Shown: one piece after another, positions 1 to 9,192 of the stretch
Layout of the letters: each line of letters begins with the position of its first letter
Numbering within the stretch: the first letter of the stretch is position 1
Assembly (NCBI GenBank): GCA_035468985.1
Contig: DATISF010000038.1
Location: 31,652-95,651, forward strand
DNA from: Thermoanaerobaculia bacterium
Lineage (GTDB): Bacteria > Acidobacteriota > Thermoanaerobaculia > Gp7-AA8
Length of the DNA stretch: 64,000 nt
Direction of reading: 5' to 3'
Translations under genes and position numbers: made by a program
Notes under the pieces: generated by a model
The model's input: only the letters and a program-made list of their open reading frames with translations
What the model was told of the DNA's origin: nothing
The model's database searches: none

Positions 1-821
1 CTAATCAATCGAGGTTGCGGTCCACCGCGCGAGCCGCTACCCGAAGCACGACCGCCGCGACGACGTCGACTCCATGCCCGCGCGGGCGGATTTGCTCGAA
101 GACGCGGTGAACCAGGCGAACGCCTTCTCTGCAACGTCCGCCGGCGTCGGTGAGGTCCGCGGAACTCTTCGAAGCGAACGTCGTAGCCCGCCGATTGAAG
201 CCGCGAGACCATGCGCTTCGTGTTCTGGATCGGGAGCACCGTGTCTTCGGATCCATGGGAGATGAACATGCGCGGCGCGCCGTGCTGTGACGCCGGAGAG
301 GCGAACCCCGGCGAGAACGCGATGACGTGCGAAAAGAGATCGCCGTTCGTGATCCCGAGTGAGAGTGCGTACGAGGCACCGTCGGAGAAACCGGCGATGG
401 CAAGATGGTGCGGGTCGACGTCGTATCGATTGAACACGTGTGCGAGGGCGCCGTCGATGAAACGGACGTCGGGTCCGTAACCGGTGTGCACGAGGTCCCA
501 CGTCACGCCGCGCGAATCGGGAGCAAGGATCATGAATCCGAACTCGTCGGCGCGCGATCGATAGTTCTGGATGACGCGCTCGGCGTTGCCGCCGGCGCCA
601 TGCAGCATCAGCACGAGCGGCAGTCGCTCCGCCCGCGGCACGTAGAGCAGCGCGTCGCGACCGGTGGCCAGACCGAGCGGAAACATGCCCCCGCCACTCT
701 CCTCCGAATGAGGATGAGGGCGGGCGGTCAGGCGGCCGGGGCCGGGCCCGTCGTCCGCTGCGGACGCGCAGCGCACGGTGGCCGCAAGCGCAATGAGGCG
801 AAGGAGCTCGCGGCGTGTCAC
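1..821 (-). CDS. alpha/beta-hydrolase (phospholipase/carboxylesterase-type esterase) with Tat-like signal; 3' end frameshifted or running off the window
   Basis: Third minus frame, absent from the ORF track because it has no stop in the window. It reads VTRRELLRLIALAATV...LPLVLMLHGAGGN...AIAGFSDGAS...ISHGSEDTVLP...EEFRGPH. The GTG start at 819-821 overlaps the fahA stop (GTGA). After the catalytic His, the plausible C-terminus (TPADVAEKAFAWF, stop at 37) lies in another frame. Confidence 0.55.
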   Translation of the reverse strand, partial: MTRRELLRLIALAATVRCASAADDGPGPGRLTARPHPHSEESGGGMFPLGLATGRDALLYVPRAERLPLVLMLHGAGGNAERVIQNYRSRADEFGFMILAPDSRGVTWDLVHTGYGPDVRFIDGALAHVFNRYDVDPHHLAIAGFSDGASYALSLGITNGDLFSHVIAFSPGFASPASQHGAPRMFISHGSEDTVLPIQNTKRMVSRLQSAGYDVRFEEFRGPHRRRRTLQRRRSPGSPRLRANPPARAWSRRRRGGRASGSGSRGGPQPRLI

Positions 822-2071
822 TCGCCTCTCGCCGGAAGAACGATGCCCCGGCATTCGCCGAAGCCGATGCGCGGCAGGCCGGCGCGCTCGCACCACGCGC
901 GCATGATCACTTCGTCGCCGTCCTCGAGAAAACGGCGTTGCTCGCCGCTCGGCAGGTCGATCGGATCGGTGCCGCGCCAGGTCAGCTCGAGCAGGCATCC
1001 GCGCGATTGCTTGTCGCGGCCGGTGATCGTTCCGCTGGCCAGGAGATCGCCGGCGCACATCCGGCAGCCGTTCGACGTGTGATGGGCGATGAGCTGCGCG
1101 ATCGTCCAGTACATCTCTCGGAAGCTTCCGCGGCTCAAACGCAGCGGCTCGATGTTCTCCCCGCGCATGCGCTGCGAGGCGATCGACACCTCGACCGTGA
1201 TGTCGATGGCGCGATCTTCGTCGAAGTCGAGATACGGCAGCGGCGCCGGATCGCCCTCCGGCCGCTTTGTGGTCGGAACGCGATACGGCTCGAGAGCGTC
1301 GAGCGTCACGATCCACGGCGACATCGACGTGGCGAAATTCTTCGACAGGAACGGGCCGAGGGGCTGGTACTCCCATGTCTGGATGTCGCGGGCGGACCAG
1401 TCGTTCACGAGACAGAGTCCGAAGACGTGCTGCTCCGCGTCGTGAATCGGAATCGGCTCGCCGAGATCATTCCCCCGGCCGATGATCACGCCGACTTCGA
1501 TCTCGTAGTCGAGCCGCTTCGACGCACCGAATTGCGGCGGCCTTGACGACTCATCGCGGGTCTGACCCGATGGGCGGCGGACCGGCGTCCCGCTGATGAC
1601 GACCGTCGACGCGCGCCCGTGATAGCCGACCGGCAGGTACTTGTAATTCGGCAGCAGCGGATTATCGGGGCGGAACATCGACCCGACGTTGGTGGCGTGG
1701 TGAATCGACGCGTAGAAGTCGGTGTAGTCGCCGATCGAGCACGGCGTGAGCATCTCCACACTGGAGCGGGCCAGGAGATGCTTCGCGGCCTGCTCGCGCT
1801 CGGGCGCGTCTTCACGCAGGAGGTCGGTGAGTCGCGCCCTCAGGCGGGCGGTGTTCTCGCGACCGAGCGACATCAGGTCGTTGAGCGTCTCGCGCGTGCA
1901 CGCGAAGTTGTTGATCAACCCGGCGTCGTGGCAGGAAAACAGATCGAGCAGCTCATCGCCGATGGCCACGCAGATGTGCCCTTCCGGCCCGCGCCGGCAG
2001 ACGCCGAACGGCAGGTTCTCGATCGGAAAATCGGAATGACCGTTGGCCGATGACACCCAACTCAAAGCCAT
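818..2071 (-). CDS. fahA: fumarylacetoacetase
   Basis: 417-aa ORF with the N-terminal FPIENLPFGV motif, then PNYKYLPVGYHGRASTVV and C-terminal FAH-fold motifs. It sits in an operon with hpd and hmgA. Confidence 0.95.
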   Translation of the reverse strand: MALSWVSSANGHSDFPIENLPFGVCRRGPEGHICVAIGDELLDLFSCHDAGLINNFACTRETLNDLMSLGRENTARLRARLTDLLREDAPEREQAAKHLLARSSVEMLTPCSIGDYTDFYASIHHATNVGSMFRPDNPLLPNYKYLPVGYHGRASTVVISGTPVRRPSGQTRDESSRPPQFGASKRLDYEIEVGVIIGRGNDLGEPIPIHDAEQHVFGLCLVNDWSARDIQTWEYQPLGPFLSKNFATSMSPWIVTLDALEPYRVPTTKRPEGDPAPLPYLDFDEDRAIDITVEVSIASQRMRGENIEPLRLSRGSFREMYWTIAQLIAHHTSNGCRMCAGDLLASGTITGRDKQSRGCLLELTWRGTDPIDLPSGEQRRFLEDGDEVIMRAWCERAGLPRIGFGECRGIVLPARGE

Positions 2072-2832
2072 CCCAGCTCCCTCAAATCCGCAATGGGCTC
2101 CTCGAACGAGCAGGAGCCGAACGAGACCGCGTATTGCTGGCGTACGCGCGCCAGCTCGTCCGTCGTGACGCGCAGGTCGCGATACCAGATCCCGCCGTCA
2201 TCGAAGCCAAACGCGCGCGCGTTCTCCTCGCGCAGGATCTGCGACGCCGAGCCTGGCAACGCCGCGGCGAGAAACACGTTCACGAACCCGTGCATGAAGC
2301 CCGACGGCGAATCAGGCTCGTCCGTGAACGCTCTTGTGCAGCGAATCGGATGGTGCAGCCCGGCCGTGGCCTTGAACGGCACCTTCCTCTGGCGGCAGAG
2401 GCGGATGAACGTCGCCACTTTCTCGGGAGAGGGAAACGCGTCGGCCGTCACTCCGCCGGTGCGGATCTTCGCTCGAAGTTTGTAGTGGCCGAGGATGTCG
2501 ATCAGATCGAAGTCGCTGATCTCGACGTAGATCATCTGCCCGCTCGCCTGCTGTGCGATCAGATCGATCTGCTCCGCCGAGTCGGCCTTCACCTCGACGG
2601 CGTAGGCGTCCGGAATCGAGTCCGGCGTGGCCAGCACGCTCAACGGAAAATCGGCCGGCACTTCCTTGACCCGCGCGGCGGGAACGACGAAGCGCGCCAG
2701 CGCGAACGCGTACTCCCCGCGGCGGTACTGATCGTATTTGCGAACCGCTTCCTCCATCGGAAGCGACGCCGGCGCAAAGAGTCCGGCGTAATCGATGAGG
2801 GAGTCGAGAAGAACGCGAATGGACTGCTTCAC
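2062..2832 (-). CDS. conserved hypothetical protein embedded between hmgA and fahA
   Basis: Trimmed from the 381-aa track ORF, whose first ~125 aa overlap hmgA out of frame. The GTG at 2830-2832 overlaps the hmgA TGA (GTGA). Its stop overlaps the fahA start by 10 nt. No family motif was recognised by eye. Confidence 0.7.
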   Translation of the reverse strand: MKQSIRVLLDSLIDYAGLFAPASLPMEEAVRKYDQYRRGEYAFALARFVVPAARVKEVPADFPLSVLATPDSIPDAYAVEVKADSAEQIDLIAQQASGQMIYVEISDFDLIDILGHYKLRAKIRTGGVTADAFPSPEKVATFIRLCRQRKVPFKATAGLHHPIRCTRAFTDEPDSPSGFMHGFVNVFLAAALPGSASQILREENARAFGFDDGGIWYRDLRVTTDELARVRQQYAVSFGSCSFEEPIADLRELGWL

Positions 2833-4133
2833 CGCTGATCCGGCCGGAAATTTTTCTGCAGCCCCTGCCAGCAGCGGTAGTAGTCGCGCTGCAGCTGCGG
2901 TGCGTCCATGGCCACCACGCTCGGCCGCAGCACGAAGCGCGTCTCGAACATGAAGGCCAGAGTGTCGGCGAGAAACTGCGGCTGCAGCTTCGCCGTCGAT
3001 GCGCGATCGAAGGTCGCCGCGTCCGGCCCGTGACCCGACATGCAGTTGTGCAGGCTGCCGCCGCCGGGAACGAATCCCTCCGCCTTGGCGTCGTACACGC
3101 CGAAGATCAGGCCCATGTACTCGTTCATGATGTTGCGGTGGAAGTACGGCGGGCGGAACGTGTGCTCCGCCACCATCCAGCGCGGCGGGAAGATCACGAA
3201 GTCGCAATTCGCCGTCCCGGCAACCTCCGACGGCGAGGTGAGCACGGTGAAGATCGACGGATCAGGATGGTCGAACGACACTGAATTCACGGCGTTGAAG
3301 CGGCGCAGATCGTACTTGCACGGCGCGTAGTTGCCGCGCCAGGCGACGACGTCGAGCGGTGAATGATCGATGCGCGCCGACCACAGATTGCCGAGGAATT
3401 TGGCGACGAGCTCGAAGTCGCCGTCGCGGTCCTCGTGCGCCGCGACCGGCGTCTGAAAATCATGCGGGTTGGCCAGGCCGTTCGCGCCGATGAGTCCCAG
3501 CTCGGGGAGCCGGAACAACTGGCCGAAGTTCTCGCAGATGTAGCCGCGCACCTCGCCGCCCACTTCGACGCGGAACTTCACTCCGCGCGGGATCAGGCCG
3601 ATCTCACCCGGCGCCACCGCGAGAACCCCGAGCTCCGTTCTGATCGTCAGCGGTCCCTGCTGCGGAACGATCAGCAGCTCGCCATCGGCGTCGTAGAAGA
3701 AACGCTCGGTCATCGAGCGATTCGCGGCGTAGACGTGCACGCGGATGCCGCTATGCACCGCCGGATCGCCATTGCCGCAGATGGTGACCACCCCGTCGAT
3801 GAAGTCGACCGGCTGCGCCGGTATCGGAAATGGATCCCATCGCAACTGGTTGGGCGTCCCTTCGCTCAGCACGTCGCCATGGCCGAGTTTCCGGAAGGGC
3901 TCCTGCGTCACCGACGGCCGGATGCGATACAGCCACGAACGCCGGTTCGCGTGCCGCGGCGCGGTGAACGGCGTGCCACTGAGCTGCTCGGCGTAGAGCC
4001 CGTACGCAACGCCCTGCGGCGAGTTCTGTTCCTGCGGCAACGCACCGGGGAGGGATTCGGAGGCGTGGTCGTTGGCGAAGCCGGATTGGTAATCCAGTTT
4101 CGTGCTGACCGGGCGATCGGTGATGCTGGTCAT
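2829..4133 (-). CDS. hmgA: homogentisate 1,2-dioxygenase
   Basis: 434 aa. The N-terminal [26 protein letters not shown]...[14 protein letters not shown] and the remaining sequence are typical of HGD. Confidence 0.97.
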   Translation of the reverse strand: MTSITDRPVSTKLDYQSGFANDHASESLPGALPQEQNSPQGVAYGLYAEQLSGTPFTAPRHANRRSWLYRIRPSVTQEPFRKLGHGDVLSEGTPNQLRWDPFPIPAQPVDFIDGVVTICGNGDPAVHSGIRVHVYAANRSMTERFFYDADGELLIVPQQGPLTIRTELGVLAVAPGEIGLIPRGVKFRVEVGGEVRGYICENFGQLFRLPELGLIGANGLANPHDFQTPVAAHEDRDGDFELVAKFLGNLWSARIDHSPLDVVAWRGNYAPCKYDLRRFNAVNSVSFDHPDPSIFTVLTSPSEVAGTANCDFVIFPPRWMVAEHTFRPPYFHRNIMNEYMGLIFGVYDAKAEGFVPGGGSLHNCMSGHGPDAATFDRASTAKLQPQFLADTLAFMFETRFVLRPSVVAMDAPQLQRDYYRCWQGLQKNFRPDQR

Positions 4134-4211
4134 GATTCGGGATCCGGGATTCGGGATTCGGGATTCGGGGCCTCGCTTCTACGAATCCCGAATCCCGAAC
4201 ACCGAATCCCG
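4134..4211. repeat. inverted arrays of heptamer GATTCGG (x5) and CGAATCC (x4) filling the whole hpd-hmgA intergenic gap; G3N4 G-quadruplex motif
   Basis: Read directly: gattcgg gatccgg gattcgg gattcgg gattcgg gg, then an 11-nt spacer, then cgaatcc cgaatcc cgaacac cgaatcc cg. Confidence 0.85.
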
Positions 4212-5345
4212 CTAGAGATTACCCCTCTTCGCCTGCTCTGCCTCAATGCTCTCGAACAACGCCCTGAAGTTCCCCTTCCCGAATCCCCGGCTCCCCTTCC
4301 GCTGGATGATTTCGAAGAACAGGGTGGGGCGATCCTCGACCGGCTTCGTGAACAGCTGGAGCAGATAACCCTCCGGATCTCGGTCGACGAGGATGTTCAG
4401 CTCGCGAATCCTTTCGATCGGCTCCTCGATCTCGCCGACGCGCGTCTTCAGCTCTTCGTAGTACGAGGCCGGCGCGCTGAGAAACTCCACCCCGTTCGCC
4501 CTCAGGCGCGTGACGGTCTCAATGATGTCGCCGCACAGCAGCGCGACGTGCTGCACGCCGGGACCGTGATACCAGTCGAGGTACTCGTCGATCTGGCTCT
4601 TCTTCCGTCCCGGTGCGGGCTCGTTGATCGGAAACTTCACGACGCGGTTGTCATCCGACATCACGATCGACATCAGCGCGCTGTACTCGGTCGAGATGTC
4701 CTTGTCGTCGAACGTGATGTAACGCGAGAAGCCCATCACCTTGCTGTACCAGTCGGCCCAGACGTTCATCTTGCCGAGCTCGACGTTGCCGACGATGTGG
4801 TCGACCACGAGCAGCCCGCCGTCGTCACCGCGCACTTCCGCGGCCTGATAGCCGGGCAGAAATACGCCGTTGTATCCGCGTGAGGAGATGAACGTGTGAA
4901 CCGTGTCGCCGTAGGTGTGGACGGCCGCGCGGCGGATGCTTCCGTGCTCGTCGTGGACATCATGCGGCTCGATGGCCGGCTTCGCCCCTCGGCGCACGGC
5001 CTCCGCGAACGCGAAATCGGCGTCTTCGACCTCGAGGGCGATGTCGCAGATGCCGTCGCCATGCTTGCGGATGTGCTCGGCAGCCGGATGATGTGGATTC
5101 AGCGGCGAGGTGATGACGAAGCGGACCTTCCCCTGCGCCAGGACGTACGAGGCCGTCGTGCGGTTGCCGGTCTCGAGCCCGCTGTAGGCGATCTGAGAGA
5201 AGCCGAACGCTTTGCGGTAGTAATACGCCGACTGCTTGGCGTTGCCGGCCCAGAATTCGACATGGTGGATGCGCTTGAGCTTGAGCGGGTTCTCTCCCCG
5301 CCCCTGCTGCTGCCGACCGGTCTCGTTTGCCACGGTCACTGACAT
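4212..5345 (-). CDS. hpd: 4-hydroxyphenylpyruvate dioxygenase
   Basis: 377 aa with [24 protein letters not shown], two VOC modules and a C-terminal [16 protein letters not shown] motif. A GGAGGA Shine-Dalgarno (SD) sequence lies upstream. Confidence 0.95.
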   Translation of the reverse strand: MSVTVANETGRQQQGRGENPLKLKRIHHVEFWAGNAKQSAYYYRKAFGFSQIAYSGLETGNRTTASYVLAQGKVRFVITSPLNPHHPAAEHIRKHGDGICDIALEVEDADFAFAEAVRRGAKPAIEPHDVHDEHGSIRRAAVHTYGDTVHTFISSRGYNGVFLPGYQAAEVRGDDGGLLVVDHIVGNVELGKMNVWADWYSKVMGFSRYITFDDKDISTEYSALMSIVMSDDNRVVKFPINEPAPGRKKSQIDEYLDWYHGPGVQHVALLCGDIIETVTRLRANGVEFLSAPASYYEELKTRVGEIEEPIERIRELNILVDRDPEGYLLQLFTKPVEDRPTLFFEIIQRKGSRGFGKGNFRALFESIEAEQAKRGNL

Positions 5346-5378
5346 GGAATCCTCCGCACGCTCCGAGAGCGGAACAGT

Positions 5379-7865
5379 TTAGATGAAAGACGGATGCCTG
5401 CCGTAGATCTCGGCGGCCAGCCGGTGGATCGATTTCGCCTTCTCGAGCAGCCCCCGGAAACGGGCCGTATCACGGATGGGATCGAGCCACGGATCACGCT
5501 CCAACATGGGGACACAGGCGAAGCCGGGAATGGCCTCCTCGAAAAATTCGAAGCCGGTCTCCGTCTCGCCGCCCAGGATCATGGCCCGGCCGATGTAGTA
5601 CTGCGCCTCCGGATCGCGAATGGCGCGGAGCCGCGATGCCGCGCGCAGCAAATCGCCGCTGTCCTTTGCCAGGGCGCCGCGAAGCGATTCGAGATACGCG
5701 CGGAGCCGGGAGTCGGGAGTGCGCTCGATCGTGTCGCGGATCCGCGTCGCGGCCTCATCCGCTCTTCCGAGCATGATCAGAATCAGAGGCTCGATGTAGC
5801 CGATGTCGCCGCGAGGCTCCACGGAATCGAGGGCCTCTCGATACTTGCCCTGCATGATCCAGGTGTGCACGACGCTGCTGGCGATCTTCGGATCGAGCTC
5901 GCGCGCCCGGCGGTCCGCCGACAGCGACTCGTCCAGCAGTCCGCAGTAGCGGCAGGCCTTCACCAGCGCCACACAGAGCTCCGGGTCGTTCGGACGGATG
6001 CGGATCTGTTCGAGCAGCCGCTGCAGCGATCCCACGGCGCGCCCGAGGTCGATCTCCACCTCGGCGTAGAGGCGCTGGGCGAGCGGTAGATCGGGATTCA
6101 GCTCCAGAGCGCGTTGCAGCGACTGCTCCGCGAGCATCCAGTATTGATCTCCCTCCTCGCTGTACTTCGCCAGCAGCCATTGCACGCGCGCCAGCCGCGC
6201 GTGCGCGGGAGCGAAGGAGGGATCTTCTTCGATCGAACGGAGGTAGAGATCGCGCGCGACCATCCATTCCGTGACGCCGTGTCCCTGATGATTGGCGCGC
6301 AGAAACAGCTCGTACCCGAGAGCGCTCGAGGGAAGGTCGCGCCGAAGATTGCGGCGCTCGCGCTCCGTGGGAGCGGTGCTCAGCGAATTCACGATTCGGC
6401 GCGTCAGGTCGTCCTGGATCTTGAAGATGTCGTGAACCGGCGCCTCGACGCTGTGTGACCAGAGAACGGATCCGCATTGCGCATCCACCAGCTGCGCGTT
6501 GACGCGAAGCTGACCGCCATGCCCCAGCAGCGCGCCGGTGATGATCCAGTCGACCGCAGCCTCCTCGGCGATCACGCGCGGGTCGCTTGCCTCTGCGCTG
6601 AACCGTGCCGCGACGGCACTCGATCGCACGATCACGGAGTCGAGCGCGGAGAGAGACGTGGTGATCGCATCCGGGAGGCTGTTGGCGAGGAAGTCGAACT
6701 CCGGATCGGGTCGCAGCAGACGAAACGGCATCACGATGATGCGCTTCGCCTCGCGCGACTGAACGGCGGCCGCCGCGGCGTGTTCCGCACGTTCCGCCGA
6801 ACGGATGTTTCTCAGATCCGACAACACATCGCGGCCGGTGGGGCGCTGGGACGGAATCCTGGCAAGGCATCGTGTCGTGAGGCGCCGCATCGATTCAGCG
6901 ATGTCGCCGGGTAACGGAGGCGGATCCTCGGTCAGCACCGCTGCGAATGTCGCCAGCGGCGAGGGCCGCTCGAACGGCCGCACTCCCGCCAGCATCTCGT
7001 ACAGCAGGCAGCCGAACGCGAACACGTCGGCGGCGCCCGTCACCGGCTCGCCCCGAATCTGTTCGGGCGACATGTAGCCGACCGTCCCCATCACGGTACC
7101 CGGCATCGTGTGAAACGGCTCGGTCGTGATCGTGGAACCGGCAGGAGCTCCCGACCACATCAATGCCAGACCGAAATCGAGGATCTTCACCCGGCCGTCG
7201 CCAGTGAGAAAGATGTTTTCGGGCTTGAGGTCGCGATGAATTACGCCACGTTCGTGCGCCGCGGACAGCCCTTCTGCAATGGCTGTTGCGATTTCGCAAG
7301 CGGTTTCGACGTTCAGGCGCCCCGCGGCGAGCCGCTCCCCCAGCGTCTCCCCTTCCAGGAGCTCCGTGACGGCATAGAGCATCTGTCCGTCGTTCGAGTA
7401 GTCGTGAATGGCCAGGATGTTGGGATGCGAAAGACGCGCGACCGCTTTCGCTTCCCGTTCGAACCGCGCTGCGGCCGCGGCATCGCGTGCCAGCGCTTCC
7501 GGGAGGACCTTGATCGCAACCTCGCGGTCGAGCCGCGTATCGCGGGCACGGAACACCTCCCCCATTCCTCCGCTGCCGAGGAGGCCGACGATCTCGTAGG
7601 CGCCGAGGCGCGTACCGGGAGTGAGCGTTTGCCGATGATAATTCGGGGGTGCGAGTCCGCATAGTGCTTGTCGAGCCTCGGGAAGGCGGAAACGTCGGCG
7701 CCGCAGCGCGCGCGATGAAGAACTTCGGTTTCCGCGATCTGGTGATCGTCGGACGTGCACCGGAAGATCCCGACGAGAAGTCGGTGTGGTGGGCGGCGGG
7801 GGCGGAGGACGTTCTCCGCGAAGCGCGGCGCGTCGAATCCCTCGGCGAGGCGCTCGCGGATACAA
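5379..7865 (-). CDS. Ser/Thr protein kinase with C-terminal TPR-like region
   Basis: Gly-loop GLLGSGGMGEVF, VAIK, HRDLKPENI and DFGLA, with a helical-repeat C-terminal half. The start is uncertain. The track start (TTG 7865) gives an Arg/Pro-rich leader that overlaps trmJ. An alternative GTG lies at 7760. There is no canonical in-frame start closer to the kinase core. Confidence 0.85.
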   Translation of the reverse strand: MYPRAPRRGIRRAALRGERPPPPPPTTPTSRRDLPVHVRRSPDRGNRSSSSRALRRRRFRLPEARQALCGLAPPNYHRQTLTPGTRLGAYEIVGLLGSGGMGEVFRARDTRLDREVAIKVLPEALARDAAAAARFEREAKAVARLSHPNILAIHDYSNDGQMLYAVTELLEGETLGERLAAGRLNVETACEIATAIAEGLSAAHERGVIHRDLKPENIFLTGDGRVKILDFGLALMWSGAPAGSTITTEPFHTMPGTVMGTVGYMSPEQIRGEPVTGAADVFAFGCLLYEMLAGVRPFERPSPLATFAAVLTEDPPPLPGDIAESMRRLTTRCLARIPSQRPTGRDVLSDLRNIRSAERAEHAAAAAVQSREAKRIIVMPFRLLRPDPEFDFLANSLPDAITTSLSALDSVIVRSSAVAARFSAEASDPRVIAEEAAVDWIITGALLGHGGQLRVNAQLVDAQCGSVLWSHSVEAPVHDIFKIQDDLTRRIVNSLSTAPTERERRNLRRDLPSSALGYELFLRANHQGHGVTEWMVARDLYLRSIEEDPSFAPAHARLARVQWLLAKYSEEGDQYWMLAEQSLQRALELNPDLPLAQRLYAEVEIDLGRAVGSLQRLLEQIRIRPNDPELCVALVKACRYCGLLDESLSADRRARELDPKIASSVVHTWIMQGKYREALDSVEPRGDIGYIEPLILIMLGRADEAATRIRDTIERTPDSRLRAYLESLRGALAKDSGDLLRAASRLRAIRDPEAQYYIGRAMILGGETETGFEFFEEAIPGFACVPMLERDPWLDPIRDTARFRGLLEKAKSIHRLAAEIYGRHPSFI
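7637..7642 (+). promoter_or_regulatory. -10-like GATAAT 6 nt upstream of the trmJ GTG (possible leaderless transcript)
   Basis: GATAAT-tcgggg-GTG, with no spaced SD. Confidence 0.3.
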
Positions 7866-8350
7866 ATCTCAGCGTCGCGACCACAGCGGTACGCGGCCGC
7901 CACGTCTACGAGCAGCTCACGCCCGCCGACCTCTCCCGGCTCGCCCACCAATCCCTCGGCGACCGGGATCGGCTCGCAATCGTGTTCGGACGCGAGACGT
8001 GGGGACTGTCGGGACAGGAGATCGCGATGTGCCAGCGGACCGCGTCGATCCCGACATCGACCGATTACGAGACGATGAATCTGGCGCAGGCCGTGGGCAT
8101 CTTCTGCTATGAGCTCGGCAAGCGGCCCTCGGTTGCCGCGAAAAGCAGCGGCGCCGCGCCGGGCGATCTCATCGCGGCTCTCAATGCACACACGCGCGAG
8201 CTATTGATGGACGTCGGCTTCTTCGGCGACAAGAGTCCCGAGCGGATGTGCGCGGAACTGCAGGCGCTGGCGGGGAAACGGATGTTGACGACGCGGGAGG
8301 CGTCGTTGTTGTTGGCGCTGGTGAGGCAGGTGAAGGAAAAGACACGTTAG
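7649..8350 (+). CDS. trmJ: SPOUT-family tRNA/rRNA 2'-O-methyltransferase (TrmJ-like)
   Basis: RIVLVEPREGGNVGAAARAMKNFG, IVFGRETWGLS and NLAQAV motifs, plus a ~70-aa C-terminal extension as in TrmJ. GTG start. Confidence 0.8.
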   Translation: MRVRIVLVEPREGGNVGAAARAMKNFGFRDLVIVGRAPEDPDEKSVWWAAGAEDVLREARRVESLGEALADTNLSVATTAVRGRHVYEQLTPADLSRLAHQSLGDRDRLAIVFGRETWGLSGQEIAMCQRTASIPTSTDYETMNLAQAVGIFCYELGKRPSVAAKSSGAAPGDLIAALNAHTRELLMDVGFFGDKSPERMCAELQALAGKRMLTTREASLLLALVRQVKEKTR

Positions 8351-8491
8351 GAGAACCTCTGCGCAAGTCGTCATCCTGAGTCGGCGAAGCGCGACCAAGG
8401 ATCTCCGGATGCGAAAACGCCTGCGATTTCGAGATCCTTCGCCGTCTTCGCGGCTCAGGATGACGTGAACAACGACTTGCGCAGAGGTTCC
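8351..8491. repeat. MITE/REP-like palindromic element (full-length copy)
   Basis: Terminal inverted repeats GAACCTCTGCGCAAGTCG / CGACTTGCGCAGAGGTTC. Internal arms GTCATCCTGAGTCGGCGAAGCGCGAC.AAGGATCTC and GAGATCCTTCGCCGTCTTCGCGGCTCAGGATGAC. It starts right after the trmJ TAG. Confidence 0.85.
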
Positions 8492-8519
8492 GCGGCCCCG
8501 AGTCCTCGTGTCCCCCCAA

Positions 8520-9053
8520 TCACAACTTCAAGATCAGCTTCGTCATATCGTGCTGATTCCCGTCCGGATCCGTCCCATAACCCGGCTGGAGAAACGACTT
8601 GAATCCGAGGGTCTCGAGCGTTTTCACGGCGTCGGCTTCGAGGTCGGAGATCAGCATCGAATTCACATGGCGAAGTCCGCGGTCGCGGGCGATGTCGATC
8701 AGGTGATTCACGAGCAGCGTACCGAGGCCGACCCCACGAAATGCCGGTTCGATCATCCATTTGATGCGTCCGACGAGGCGCAGCGGTCCGCCGAGACGAT
8801 GCAGCGTGGCGTCGGCGACGACGCGCTTGCCGTCGAGCGCGATCAGGGGATAGACCTTCCCGTAATCGATGTTGCGGCCCCATGCGTCGATCAGCGCGCG
8901 GTTGTCGACGTTGTCCCAGGCGAAGCGCTTGTACTCGTTCGGCAGGGCGTGGAAGAACTGGTAGAGCGCGTCGACGTCATTGGAGGTGAAGGGACGGAGC
9001 AGAACGCGGCGGCCGTCGCGCAGGACGGCCTCTTGGGGATAGCGGTGCGGCAT
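8520..9053 (-). CDS. GNAT family N-acetyltransferase
   Basis: 177 aa with the acetyl-CoA motif A: FRGVGLGTLLVNHLIDIARDRG. Confidence 0.85.
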   Translation of the reverse strand: MPHRYPQEAVLRDGRRVLLRPFTSNDVDALYQFFHALPNEYKRFAWDNVDNRALIDAWGRNIDYGKVYPLIALDGKRVVADATLHRLGGPLRLVGRIKWMIEPAFRGVGLGTLLVNHLIDIARDRGLRHVNSMLISDLEADAVKTLETLGFKSFLQPGYGTDPDGNQHDMTKLILKL

Positions 9054-9080
9054 AGCGGCCGCGAAGCATACAACGAACGA

Positions 9081-9117
9081 GTCCTCGGTCCTCGGTCCCT
9101 CGGTTGTCGGTCGTCGG
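9081..9117. repeat. tandem heptamer array (TCCTCGG-like x5)
   Basis: tcctcgg tcctcgg tccctcgg ttgtcgg tcgtcgg, read directly in the intergenic region upstream of the GNAT start. Confidence 0.7.
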
Positions 9118-9192
9118 GATGCGACGTCTTGGATGACAACTGGTTGTCTTCGGTCTCGAGCGGCCTATCCTCCACAAAGGATAGGAGGAAAT

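Noticed and set aside
2833-3207. N-terminal 125 aa of track ORF 2062..3207.
   Set aside because: It overlaps hmgA out of frame and is Arg/Gly-rich. A GTG at 2830-2832 forms a GTGA junction with the hmgA stop and gives a sensible N-terminus.
3363-4883. Long alternative-frame or antisense ORFs. Examples are 3363..4883 +, 23321..25762 +, 27163..28824 -, 28197..29846 +, 46934..48259 +, 48720..50543 - (upstream part), 54510..55982 - and 22057..23385 -.
   Set aside because: Their translations are Arg/Ala/Pro/Gly-rich low-complexity strings typical of off-frame reading in high-GC DNA. Each is fully overlapped by a gene with clear family motifs on the other strand or frame.
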